NCBI GenBank assembly: GCA_977020255.1
Contig: CDROCS010000866.1
Span: 620,001 to 684,000 of the forward strand
Origin: Obrimoposthia wandeli
Taxonomy: Eukaryota
Reading direction: 5' to 3'
DNA length: 64,000 nucleotides
Shown: positions 1-13,810 of the stretch, in pieces
How positions within the stretch are numbered: the stretch's first letter is position 1
Layout: the number at the start of each line of letters is the position of its first letter
The notes under the pieces: generated by a model
The model's input: the letters and a program-made list of their open reading frames with translations, nothing else
Told to the model about the DNA's origin: nothing
The model's database searches: none
Position numbers and translations under genes: made by a program

Positions 1-489
1 TATTCATATTTTGGAGTAGGTTACCCTATCTAAAATCAGTACACCACATCGCCATATTTTATTACTCTGCATAAACTAAATCAACTAACTTGCCCATATT
101 TTTAGAGCAACTAGCTCTCTAAAAGCAGCCCATATTTTGAGAATAAAGACTCTAGTAAACAAACAACCCAAAAATAAAAATCGATACGTGGATCATCCCA
201 ACTTGTGTAGAGACTTTGTGAAAGTCTTAGGAATAGTATTGTCATTTTTAGAACGTAATTATAATGTGTTTAGCTTAGTGTGGCTAGTAATAAAAGATTT
301 CCTACAACTAGACAGCGTTGTTATAGACCCTTCAAATTTAGAAATAACAAACATTCAGATAAGAATTGAGACAGGTAAACATAACACAAGTAGGCCACAA
401 ACATCTACAAGTCCTGCTTCTATAGAACTCACGTTGGGGCCCTCCGTCTGCGGATCTATATTGGACAAGTTTCATATAGAAACCCCAAC

Positions 490-870
490 ACATTAAACTT
501 ACGTTTTGCAATAATGTTTATGTCTGGCCTGGTTACACTCATGAGTTCTTTGGGTTATTGTAATAAATCCATTGCTTAGCACCAGTAACATTTCGGTGCA
601 CGATGACTTCCTTTTCTACTTTTGAAGTAAAATTCATATTTTTCTTTCAAATCATATGGTAGCCAATTCTTCGGTCCTTGAATCACTTACTTGGTTTTAA
701 ACGTTTGCTTAGAGTCGATTCCTCAACATTCAATCAATTTGGGAGCTCTTTTAGTGTTTGGGTTAGATTTCAAAACGTCAAAATAAATCTCTGCAAATTC
801 CTTCGAATGAAGCATAGTCCCATAAACTTACACGAGCAATCGATGACTTTAAGCAACACTTTAAAAAAAA
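490..870 (-). pseudogene. Mariner transposase relic
   Basis: Decayed NPNTKR...ESTLSKRLK...NVTGAKQWIYYNNPK segments resembling mariner HTH and VTGDEKWIYYDNP motifs. Confidence 0.6.
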
Positions 871-3800
871 ATAAAAAAAGTATAACTTTCAGAAAATGTA
901 TTTTTGTTGACATTTCATCCAAAACTTTAAATATGACGAAAGTAAATCATTCTAAATATATAAATAAATGCAAAATAATAAATTAAAACTTACATTATAA
1001 GACAATCATAGAAATGGTTATCAACTAAAATGCAAGCTAGATAGATAATGGTTAGCTCAAGTAAGTCTGTTTTATTTAAAATAAATGTGAGAAATGTGTT
1101 ATAATTTTTATATTTATTTAATAAAAACATTGAAATTTTAAAAATGAATCCGATATTTTCATTTATACCGTATTACAAAACATTTACACAACTATTACTA
1201 TTACATACTAAAATTTACTCGAATATAACCCCTAAGTACAGTAAACTGTCTTAAATACCATCGCACCTTGACTCGTTTTATACATATAAATTACTTCCTA
1301 AAATTCAAATTTCAATTATATCTTACATATTTTCAAATATTTATTCACAGAGATTAACTTTGCAAATAAAGGGAATCTCTAACAAAATTGATTAATTATT
1401 GGATTCTGAGAGATTTTCAGAATAATTTTGTAAAGTTTTCAATGGAAGAAATTTATTAAATATGGCATATTTCTATCGTTTCTTTGTTTAGAGGACCACA
1501 ACATGGTTAAGCTGATGTTTCTCAATATTTATCAGATTGAGAGTAATCTTGCCTACTAAAGGAATGCCTTGATTCAACTATACTAATCAAGCATTAATAT
1601 ACTGGAAATATTTTCATATTGAAGTTTTTTATCATACGATTTAATGAAGTTTTTGGGTATAGCTCAAATTTGAAGAAGGTTGAGGAATTTTGATTTTTTT
1701 GAAAGTGAAAAGGTTTTATAGGTAAATAGACAATATGTTGATGGTTTGGGAAATGTTTTGTGGAAATTAGCTCACTCGTTGTGAACATAAAATAACTCTT
1801 CAAAGTAAAGAATTGATCCATAAAGAATTACAACAACTGCACCTTCATAATTCTCAGTATTTTTTCTCGACATTCCCTGGAGTTAATATAGAGGCTAATT
1901 ATAAAGTGGCCTGAAAGCAAGTGGAAGTGCAGTGTGAAACTGAGATAGATTCGAAGTCCAAGCTGTACATGTGTATGTGCACGGCGCGTGTAGAGCAACA
2001 TACAACTGCGCAGCCAGCAGCATCCAAACTTGACACAATTTGTTCTGCATTTTCAGGTGGAATTTGATTTATTCCTCATTCCTGTTTAGTGCTGGGCGAT
2101 GCGCGGATTCCTGTTCACAGACGTAGACTTACACATACCCCGTTTGGGGAGGAAAAGAGAGCGACTTGCTTCGAGGGGAAAGGGGGAGCTAGAGAAGGCC
2201 CGTAGGATCGGGTAAAAACTTCTGTTTTGGACATGTGTTTGAACCACTTGGCAGATATGCTGGCATTTCATTTTATCGAAGATATGACACAACGTCAGAT
2301 GGCCAAATGTCACTTCGCAGCCTCGGTAGCCTCACCAAACAAGAATAAGTCTGGGCACACGGCAACTAGGGAGATAGAGGGGACATATTTGGCATTTGGT
2401 GGCAGGACCATCCTTCTCCTCTCCTTCAGAGTTCCCGGGGATAGGGCGTACTATTGGAATTTGATTAATTGTCTTTTACGACCACATTCTGTTGGGTTTT
2501 GAGGTGTGATCAAACTTTTGTACACCAGGGGAATTTATTCTAGATAGTAATACGATTTTATATAGTGTACAGCTAGTATGATACTTTATCAAAGTTCTTT
2601 CTTTTAGATAAAATTTCCATTATCCCTTTCTATAGTTTCTTGCCTTGTCGGCCAGCCTTTGTTGAATTGCAAAACTTCTTTCGCAGTTATTTCTTGTCCC
2701 TCATCACAGTAAAGATTAACTTAATTCTTCTCCTGCTCATTGTACAAAATAATAATCATCGCCTGCTTCAATAACTGTGCAGTTGAGGAGCTGATAACCG
2801 TGGGGATCTTTAGATGAAGGTGGCGTATAATTGAATAATTAGAAAATTGCAATGTGTTTGCAAACCCCTCATTTTGTCTTCATCCTAGGCCATTATAAAA
2901 GCCTGTAAGGACAAATATAAACCAGGAAGACAAGAAAATCAAGTCCCTAATATTTTATGCACTTTTCCGAAGAGTCATTGATATATCTATGGGGTTGTTG
3001 ACGTCGTCAAAGCGGCTACCTAATCAGTGTGGTCAGCGTTACCTCCTGCGTATGTGTTCCACGAGACAGTAACTGGCCAGAAACTGAAAGCGAAAGGTAA
3101 ATAGTCTGCGACAAGAAGAATGTGACCATCTGTTAACTCTGTCAAAGGGCCCCCAATCAATCGTGCACTAAGCGCATCCACTGATTCGGCATCATTAGAT
3201 ACCAACAAGTCTGTGCGCTGGAGAGAAACTGCTCTTTCCCTCTCTATGATGCGGATCAATTTTTTCACGGACGATTTGATTTGATCAGCTCGTACTTTAC
3301 AGCGTTTACGTTATTGCAGAAAGTCGAAAATTGAACTGACCAAATTTTGCTACAATTTGAAGTTTACTGGGAATCATTTTAAAAGATTCTGTCGTTTCCT
3401 TTTTAAGCATTATTTTTGAAGAATATTTCATGTCATAGATTTCAGTTTAAATTTGTACTAATTACGTATTAAAGTTTCACTAAAATAAGTAGTAAAATAC
3501 GAATTCGATGTAATTGAAATAGTTTTATGATGGTATCAATGTAATTTAGTTATATCCATTCATTGACATCAAATATTAAAAAAATTAAAAAATTAAATTT
3601 TACAATTTCTAATCGAACGTTTATTTAAATTACAAAAGAAGTATACATTTAAATAATTAAAGCACATATTTTACTGATATTTTTTTGATTTATTTCCACT
3701 GAGAATTTAGTTCGTCGATCAGTTTTAAGCAAACTTTTTAAGCACACAGTAAGAAAGAAAATATGTTTAGCATGTAAATGGATTGACCACTCAAAATGAA

Positions 3801-4949
3801 AAGCAGCAATTTTAAAACACACGGGCCATATTGTTTCAAATACTATTGTTACTGTCTTATTTTTTAAAGAATTTTAAAAGAAAATAAATACATGGTTGTG
3901 TGAGTAAATTATTTTACATAAGGATTTTTCCTTGGTAACGATTTTTAATTCTTAACTTATAAACTATGTATTAATTGTCTATATTTTAACTGACTTTACT
4001 TCAAATAACAGTTTCAGCAATTTAACAGCTTCGTAAAACTGTTAATGGAACACGCTATCTTCATATCATAATTATTAATCTTCAAATGTTATTTTCTCCA
4101 GTTTCTGTTAACACATGTTCAATAAATGGGAGTGTTGAAACTTTCGATTGAAAAAAGTATCTATAGTCTAAAAGAAATATAAGTGAACTTGTGTAACAGT
4201 GCTTCATTAAAACCTTCTTGTTATTTCTTAGAAAACTTTCAAAATACGGTCAAAATTGTCTTAATTATAAAAATATAACAAAAAATCAGCAGTCTAATGT
4301 TCACAGTCATTTACAATTGATATCTTGAAACCCTTAACTAACCGCACACCGAATTAGCAAAATAGCTCCAAAAGATCATTATTACAAAAGTTTAATAACC
4401 GAACTTATACGGGTTCGTTACAAGAAATAGCTCAAACCTTATCAAAAAAGAATTTTTATCTTGACTAACAAATATGTATAACAAGGATGTTCAGATTTAT
4501 GTTTGTCATAAACTGTTTACCGATAGTCTTTTAGCATTTTTTCAAATTTATCTGCCTATATTTCTATTAGACATAGAGTTTTTTCATTCAAAAGACTGCA
4601 AGAAAATAGGGAAATTACAAAACAAAATAATATTTTATATTTATAAATGCAGTGAATAATGAACACAAACATTCTCAATATTTCAATTGATAAATAAAGG
4701 TGCCCCTTTCGTTCACGGTTGTATCAGACGTATAGATCTTCCATTTCGTCTCTTACATGACTTTCAAGACATATTATAATGTATTTTTATTGTATGATGT
4801 TTGTGTCTCCGTGGATTTCTAGACATAATTAAACTACAAAAGTAAAACAAAGAGTTACAGACAACTAATAAATATATTTATCATATCAAAGTTTATTTAC
4901 TGAGTTATATTCAAGTAATTATCCCCCCTATAAACAACTAAGTAATGGA

Positions 4950-5720
4950 TATCTTTTAAACATACAAAAACCGTTGATTATTACATTTGTTTTTATTATT
5001 GTAGCATTTTAGGGCAATGTCTATGCATTTAGGAGCTTTTGAATGTGTAGGATTAATGTTTTCATTTGCAATTTCCACATAATTTTCTATTATTTCATAA
5101 TTTAAAATTTGAAATCCAAGATCGTCCATATCACACTGTAACCCGGACAATATATCATTTTTGTCACATTCTTGACGTAAAGAAAGTGATGATAATATTA
5201 TAATAATTTCCGTCAATGTCGATTTGTAAATACTAAATAGTGAAAATCAGTGTCATCCAGTTGAATTAATGCATACTCTAACTGCTTTTCATGATTTAAT
5301 GGCTTTAAAGTCTGGTGCGTTACATTCATGATGATCTGCTAATGTTTTAGAAGGAATTTGTTCCTCCTTTAAACTGGTAACACCAACATTATTTATCCAG
5401 ATTTCATCATAACCAATTTCCATTCATGGTTTCGCAATCATTCTATCAAGTCGTCAGCTGATTTAGTATGAACTGAAAGCTTAACAAGTTTTCAAATTTC
5501 ATGTCGTGATTTAAATTCGGAAAGCCAACCAGTACTTGTTTTAAATACTATATCGCCATTTAATTGATCATTAAAAATATGATACTCTCACATAACATAG
5601 TAACGGAATGATGTCGGCTCACCAGAAGAAAGTTTTTATATGAACCACATAATGCTTCATCAACTTGTATACTTTTATGACCCCTGAGAAATATTTTCTA
5701 ACTGACCACTGTACATAATG
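4950..5720 (-). pseudogene. pogo/Tigger transposase relic
   Basis: FKTSTGWLSEFKSRHEI matches the CENP-B-type HTH motif FKASxGWLxxFKxRHGI; multiple stops. Confidence 0.6.
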
Positions 5721-6694
5721 GCAAGCATTGAAAGTAAATATGGACTCCTTTAAGCCTTCTACAGAATTTATGAGTTGTGTAAAACTTTCTAAAAACCCGT
5801 CAAAATAGACAGAAGAATTTTAAGAAAAAATAACATAGATTAATTTAACTGTAAGAAAACTACTGTTAACTAAGAAACAAGTTAAGGTGTGAATGTTGTG
5901 GTACAAAGCATATGAAATCTGGATTTTAGAATGTAAAACACTCTTTAGTGACCTAAGTTTCCATCGCCATTACATATCCAATCCTGTTAGACAACAATAT
6001 AACAAAACGTTTGATTTGGAGTGGAATTATTAATACGAATAAAGTCCTGTTTAATTACCACCCTATAATGAAAAGTTCTGCATACTCAGTCATAAGATAT
6101 TATTTTTACAGAAGACAAAACATTCTACAAGATGAACCTTCGTGCCATAGAGCTAATAAACTGTCACAGACGAAAATCTTCTTGAATTTAGGGCAGGTTA
6201 ATTAAAGTTAGTCTATTAAACTCCACACATCTGTTGTTTTCTGAAATGTTCATTCAGAATCTGATTGTGTTTACTAACAGCCATTGGACGCTATTTCTTT
6301 AAAATTATATTCTTCACAGTACTTTCACACCAAATAACAAACTTTTACACGTAACCAAATTCACTAAAATAAACTGCCACACCTGAAACTGACCCACAAA
6401 TTCCTTACATACAACTGAACATCAAAACTGTGCTGTATCACAAAATCTCTGGCTAGTATATATCCAGACATACAATAAGAACTCTAAATGGCATCATTTT
6501 TTCATCAAATGTCCCGATTGACTAATCACCAGATAATTCAGCAATTGAACAAGTATAATTAATGATTGAAAGGGACTTCATGATATTTCTTTCATTAAAA
6601 ACCTGCATCGTTCTATGACGAATAAAATTATACAAATTACATGAAATAAGAGATATTCTTTGAAATATTTATGTATTTTTTCACATTTTATTTA

Positions 6695-6852
6695 TATAAT
6701 CCAAATCAATCCTCAAGCAAAAGTATTTATTAAAACGAAACATATATTTCCTTCAAATACAATAGATAGTTTCTAAACTATCTATTGTATTTGAAAGAAA
6801 TATATGTTTCGTTTTAATAAATACTTTTGCTTGAGGATTGATTTGGATTATA
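6695..6852. repeat. Near-perfect palindrome, 78-bp arms, 2-nt loop, 1 mismatch
   Basis: 6695-6772 is the reverse complement of 6775-6852. Confidence 0.95.
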
Positions 6853-7669
6853 CAAATGGACAATTAAAAGGGATTGTTTGCAGAATACTAGCAATGCTTA
6901 TTTGTTAAAATAAATACAAAGACAATAACTTTATGTTTAAAAGCTGGGTTGATAAAAATGTTTGCTCTTGACTGTATGATTCAATTTATTAGAAAAATCC
7001 ATTTAGTTTTAATATAGTGAATTAAAATATGATAGATCTGAATAATATTGATATTTTTAAGGTTCAGAAAAGTAATGAATTGATAGACTAATATATCTAT
7101 AATCCCAATCAAAATTATTCAACAAAATTGAAATAAACCTGAGTAAAATATCTAATTTCATAAGAAGAGGAAATAAAATAAGGTTAAATAGGACTCCTTA
7201 GCTCTTAAGAAAGTGAGTAATCATGTATGTAAGACGTATGTTATTTCCAACAATATGACGCAGTATCAGTTATGCTCTAATTGTTTGACGACAATTAGAT
7301 GTACATTTTACACATTCAAACTTGACATCAACAGTTGCTGGGGTGTGTTAAAAGGTGTAGTTCTTAAAGATAAGCCACACACGATCCAGAAACTGCAACA
7401 TTCAAAAGAAGAAAGCTTCACAATCATCGATGATAACTTTTGTGTTAACGTTGTCAAAAATTGCATTGAATATAATGAACATTTTGAGAACCACAACTAC
7501 CAAGAAATTAATGAAAAACTTTCTGAGTTCATAATTATTTATATTGGGTACGTTTAAGTATTTGTTGACAGTAAATATATATTATAATTAATACGATATG
7601 CTTACACTTGAAGTTGGAAACGATTTATATGATTATAAGTTTAAAATTTAGCCCATAAGAAGGGTTTAT

Positions 7670-8330
7670 ACTCAGAAGGATTTATTTTCACTAACTTAAA
7701 ATATCGAATAATGTCTACGAACCAACTTTTTGTTAGACATTTTACTTTATTATTTTACTGGGAGTCATCGTTTGCTCGTGAACGTTTATGGTGATAATGT
7801 TATATCCGAAATAAGTTGTAAAGATTGATTTCAACGATTAAGAATCGCATATTTTAATGTGAAAAGCAAACAGCGTTCTTTCGCACTAAACACTGTTTGA
7901 AGATGAGGAATTAGAAGAATTACTTGACATCAAACACTGTAAGTAAATGTCTAAAGGCAATGAGTATTATTATAAAAAACAGTGAAATTGGCTACCACAT
8001 GATTTAAAATAATAAAACATTTAAATGTGTTTAAGAATATACATCATTTTTTCTTCAACAGCAGAAACAAAAGTCATTTTGCATGCTAGAACTGCTGGAT
8101 ATGATATTCGCCAGACCTGCTCCATCAGATTTTCATTTATTTCAATCGATGCCTTTCAGAACAGCAGTTTAATCATATGAAGATATCAAAATTTGGATTG
8201 CTTTGAAAGAAACAGTTTTTTCTTTTGTCGAATGTATGTAATGCCTGAAAATGGGAAAATGTCACGGCTAGCGATTGAAATTAATTTTAATAAACTTTAT
8301 TTTTAAAATTTTATAATTATTAATATTAGT
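7670..8330 (+). pseudogene. Mariner relic
   Basis: EDEELEELLD, and ccagacctgctccatcagattttcatttatttcaatcgatg (frameshifted PDLAPSDFHLFQSM-like motif). Confidence 0.6.
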
Positions 8331-11149
8331 GTTTACTTTAAAAACTGCAGAAACCTATTTAAGCACTAAGAAACTGTTAAAATATCTTTTCAAATTAGGA
8401 GTAACTTTTAGGAGTAACTTTCGCTCTATATATATATTTATATACTTCGCGTATCTAATTTATTACACAAATGTAAAGAATATTCCAGCTGGCATTAAAT
8501 ACAAAATTTAAATGTAATAACAAAAATAACTCACTTAAATAACTTGAAGTAAGTATTCCGTATATTTCTAAAATGAATTAATGCAATTTCTCAATATTAC
8601 TATCACAAAGTACAAATTCGTTGAGCTGATAGCACTGAAAAGATTCTCTGACCACCTCATCAGTCAATGCTGTCACCAATTTTGCAATCAACTTATTAGA
8701 CTAACGAGGTGAAGCTTAAACTGGCAGCGACTCAAGTATGGAATTGGGCATTAATATATTTACTACGCCCTCAAATCCCATTTTCCACTGATTGTTACAT
8801 TTTCGAAATGATTTTTTCAATTAAATTTCATTTTCTCTTCTTCTAAGAAATGTATTTTATTTAAATTGATTCTTAAATTGATATAATATTTCAGTAATGA
8901 ACCCGGGCAGATACTTTTAAACTGATACTGAATTGGACACTTGTATTATCACTGAACCATTCTAATGAAATTAATATTTCTACAAAATAATTTGAAGAAT
9001 AATTTGTTAATTTGAATTTATTTTCTGATCATCGAATTACAATGTAAGTAGGTTTGAATAAAAAATAAACTTTAGAATAGGGATTCAAATATGAGAAGAT
9101 GTCAACATGTTTTGTATAATTACTCTATTACACCAAAACACTTTCAATTACATATTTCGGTTTAATGGAGGTCGATAGAATATTTGTACAAGTTTAGATT
9201 ATCTCAAATATTTGTTTGGTTGCATCAAAATTAATTATAAGGTTAAGAGTTTAATTATTATTTATATCACATCCTATCAACGTTTGCACTCATTTCTGTG
9301 AAATTGCTGAGTTTTACAGTACTATTCGCCACCTCACATTGAAGTGTAACCATCCACAGTCTATCATTTTGTGCGCAAAGGAGTATCAAGAAGGACAGTT
9401 TACCAAATGTTAAGAACATTTAATAAAAAAACATAATTGAAATCAAAAGGGACAGTTGCAGAAAGACACTTATAATGACATCAGTAAAAGTCAAATATGG
9501 AAATTTGTATTACTCAAACCCACGAAGAGATTGACTATGTGCATTAAGTCTTTCTAGAAGATCTCTTTGGACAGCTTGTTAAGGAAGTATACAAAAATGT
9601 TTGGGTATTAGAGGTTGTAAACCAATGGAAATATCGCAAAACATACTGACTGAAGCACACAGATTTTACAGCTCTAAAAACGTTTTGCAATGCTAATGCG
9701 AAGGAATTTAAAATGTTGGAGTTATTTTTATAAGTTCAAAGTTTGTGGAAATTTTAAATTATATCACGAGAACTTTAGCAAATTTTGCATCGTGCACTAC
9801 CAAGGATTCGAAATAAATGCAAGTACAATACTTGTTATCTATTCACTGGTTACTGACTGACAAAGAGACATCAACGGCGAAGGCACAGAGAGATTGGTGC
9901 CAGAAGTTCAAATAAACTTTGACTTTGATTCTTAAGTCAAAAATCTGTTAGGCACCCCAACAGAATAAGTGATGAGAAAATAAGAGAAGTAAATAAAAGA
10001 GATCGTCAGGAACAATGTAATTTGAAAACCTAATATTTATTTTATCAATATATTTTTCAAAATCTTTTTTTAAAATGTCTTTCAAAAAATTGAATTACAT
10101 TGCTGCTTTCTTAAAGACATTAAAATCCCAAGTCATTATATTTTCTCCACCAAAAACTGTCACCCACTTAAAAAAACAATACTCTGTTTTGTGTAATATG
10201 CCATGGTGTCGATTATCAGTCATTCTTTTGGAGTGTTGTATTTAGTCAAGATAGATAGCTGCAACATTGATTTATTTTGTGTTTGAAATAAAGAGTGAGG
10301 CGGGAAGTATAAAAATTTGAATATTACTTTTATTTTAGTTTCTTAATCGTTTTAAATTTATTTACAAACATTTTCTCATAAACCTTTGTACAGTTTAAAT
10401 GGCTGATCTTCCATATTGTCATTATTATTTTTTTGAAAAGTCAATTGTCTTGTATTATCTTTAACTATTCCTTCAGATATGTTTTGATAATAATGTTTGC
10501 CATATTTATAAACATTTCTTGTCTGAATATTTTGTCCATTACAATTAGGGTTACATAATATATATATGGATGTAGAGGACTAGAAAACAGGATTTCAGTT
10601 TCTTTGTAATATCTTAAGATATATTGAACGAGACGGATCCTTGGAGTGAATAGTGTTGTTTTGAATGGGATTGGATTCTTAGACTAACAAAATATGGCTC
10701 AAATGGTGACTTTGCTTAAATTTCAAAAATCAATTTTCTCCTAACATTTACAATCAATTTTACGTATAACCATTTAAAATGTAACTTGATATGAAAAAAC
10801 TGAAAATCAATTAATGTTGTGCAAATAGTTTCATGAATTCAACTAGTTGATATAAGTATTTTTCTATTAAAAAGTTTAAATAAATCAATTTTTCTAATTT
10901 TAAGCGAAAAAAGCTATTTGGTAGATTATTAATGAAGTCGAAAATTCGAAATCAATATTTAGGTTTCTTTCTTGACATTTATTATAGATCATTCTGTCAT
11001 GAGTTGGGTTTTAAAAGATGATTTTGAAAAGATACAACAAGCTAAGCACTTTTAATATAAAAAATATTTTTGTTATAATTTCTTTTAGTGTTTTAACACA
11101 TTATTGTTTATCTTTCTTTGTTTTATCTTAAAAATACGAAATTTCCGTG

Positions 11150-11620
11150 TGTAATAATTTATGATAGTGCCTCTCCTAAATATTTAAAATTCGGTTTTCT
11201 TCAGTGTTCGATTCTTTGTCTCGTAGCAATTATGAAGAAATATAATATTCAATTTTACCCTTATATTGACGACACAGACTTGATGTTGATTTTAATTCCA
11301 ATGAATATCGAATATGAATCAATATAAAACTGTCCAAATTATTTGGATCTAAGAATAATATAAACTGCATTGAAGAAAAGTGAAGTTTCATACATGTCCG
11401 TGGAAATATTATTAACTTAAACAGTAAAATAAAGAACATTGGTTGCGTTCTCGATGAAAAGACTACAATGAATTGTCAAATTAATAAAGTGATAAGAACA
11501 AACAACAATAGGAAGAAAATGCAAATGTGAACGAGAAATGTTCCACTGTGCATACACAAAACGTTTTGCATTCAAGGATTTTATTCGAAAATAAATACCC
11601 AACTACTTATTTAATTTATT
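11150..11620 (+). pseudogene. LINE reverse transcriptase relic
   Basis: GFLQCSIL...KYNIQFYPYIDDTDL (GVPQGS and YADDTQL-like) followed by NIGCVLDEK. Confidence 0.55.
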
Positions 11621-13610
11621 GAATTGTTCATATTCCTTCTTAGTTCACTTTATATAATACAAAAATCCTCTGTAGGTTATGCATCATTTAAGAGATTTGA
11701 AGATTGAAGACAATTTATGCCCATCTCTCTTGGTCTGCCTGCAGCGTTTCAACTTGTAATTTATATATTAAAAATAAAAGTTGATGAATTCATTCAAATA
11801 AAAAACATGGAAAAAATATTCTGATATGATTTTCTAATAGAAAATTAAAATTTTGCATCTGTAAGTTTTCTAACTTATTTTAATCCTTATCTAAAGTCAT
11901 TACAAAGAGAAAAGTAACCAAGTTAAAATTAGATTGGCTTTCTTTTTATGTTGAAATAGCTCCAAGCTTCTGTAGAAATCAGAATGTCAAATAGGGTAAA
12001 CTTTTGGAACTCCTTGAAACAAATGCTGTAAATGGAAATTTTGTGCCGAAGCTCAAATTAGGAGAGAATTAGCAATGGGTAAAAATGGAAAGAGTCGAAA
12101 CCTTGATTATTTAAAGTATCATATTAATCACCAACCCCATTTTGAAGAAATTGATATTGTATCTTCACAATCATCAGGAGGAATTAAGTTGAATGCTTAA
12201 TGAAACGCTGCAAGATCAAGAAAGCCATACCGAAACTGTTTCAAGAATAAAAAAACCGACCGGCCGTAAATGAAAATATTAATAGTTAACGTTGTTCTTT
12301 CTAAAACAATGAATGCTCCACTGAACTTTGTTGAAGAAATAAAGAGTCATTTTGCAAAACATGTGGAGGTCCTGGAAAGCTGGCAAGATAAGAATTTTGC
12401 ATTTGAACTCCTTGGGTGTATCAACCACGTAATTTTTAATGAAAGTCAGATTTTCATTGCTTAATTGTGAATAAAAGCGCTGATATTTCAGTTCCCAAAA
12501 TGATAATAATTCATATAAAATACTGATTTGTTAGGTACTTTTAATGGAGTGTCCGTATTTTTGAATGAAAAATTTTGCAGAAACTGCTCAACATTGTGTT
12601 GCATATCGAGGAGAATTAGAGTCATTGATACCTGGAAAGATATACTTGCTATCAGCAAAGTCAAAGCGTTATTGCAAACAGTTTATATCATGTTCCGTTG
12701 TTTATCTGTGAAAAATAAATTTTAAGAAATGGCAATAAAATAAATTGTGGTGTTTTGAGGTTCAGTCTTCTAAATAGAATAGGGTGGCTTAGAAATACAA
12801 TGTCTTAATAGTAGAGAAAAAGTTGGAAATAATTATATTCGTGCGATGTTTATCATATTAAATGGCACTTTTAACAAATTGACAGAACCATCAAAATACT
12901 TACCAAAAGGTATTTGTGACCTATAGAAATGCACCAAATTTGCAAATTCCTCAATACTAAATTAAGAAGTTAGTATCTTGGAGATTCAATTCCTTGAAGC
13001 GAAATGTGAAGCATATTCTTTAAGACGAAGGTCAAATAGTGTGAAAATATCTATGGTCATTTTATTTGTACAAATTAATTAGGTGATTGGGCAAAGTTGC
13101 TGAAGCATGTGTTGACGTTTGATAGTGTTTGAATTTGCCAACTGGGGCTGTAAATGTGTTTGTGCATGCATACAACTGTTTGAATTGGGTGTACTTTGTT
13201 AGATTATGTTGTTTATGAAAATAAACAAAGAATTGATTGTTAAATTTGCAAGGCTTTTCGATGGGGATGTGAATCCTGTTATTACTGAAGCAGTTCCATA
13301 CGGCTGATTCCGGCGGAATGAAAATGTCCTGGCTACAGAAGTATACAGATACTTAGTTGGGAGAAAATCTCTTGGCTATGCTTATGTGAATGGCAATTCC
13401 ACAACTGAAGCAAAGACAGCAATCGATCAAATTAATGTAAAGAATACTATTTACTAAAATGTTATGTAACCATTTGTGTGAAGGATTTTCCGATGCCGAA
13501 ATGAACCTTTGGATTGCTTTCGATCAAGACGTCATTGTAAATCTACTTGATTTCAATTATAGCAATGACAGTTTTAGAAAATGAATTATAAAATGTACAG
13601 ATGTCATCAC

Positions 13611-13810
13611 AAACATGAATAATGAATTAACAATGGATAAATATAAATGCAAACATGAATAATGAATTAACAATGGATAAATATAAATACAAACATGAAT
13701 AATGAATTAACAATGGATAAATATAAATACAAACATGAATAATGAATTAACAATGGATAAATATAAATGCAAACATGAATAATGAATTAACAATGGATAA
13801 ATATAAATAC
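13611..13810 (+). repeat. Minisatellite, 40 bp x 5
   Basis: aaacatgaataatgaattaacaatggataaatataaat(g/a)c at 13611, 13651, 13691, 13731 and 13771. Confidence 0.97.

Noticed and set aside
137-496. 119-aa ORF as a real gene
   Set aside because: TTG start, no recognisable domain, and it abuts a mariner relic.
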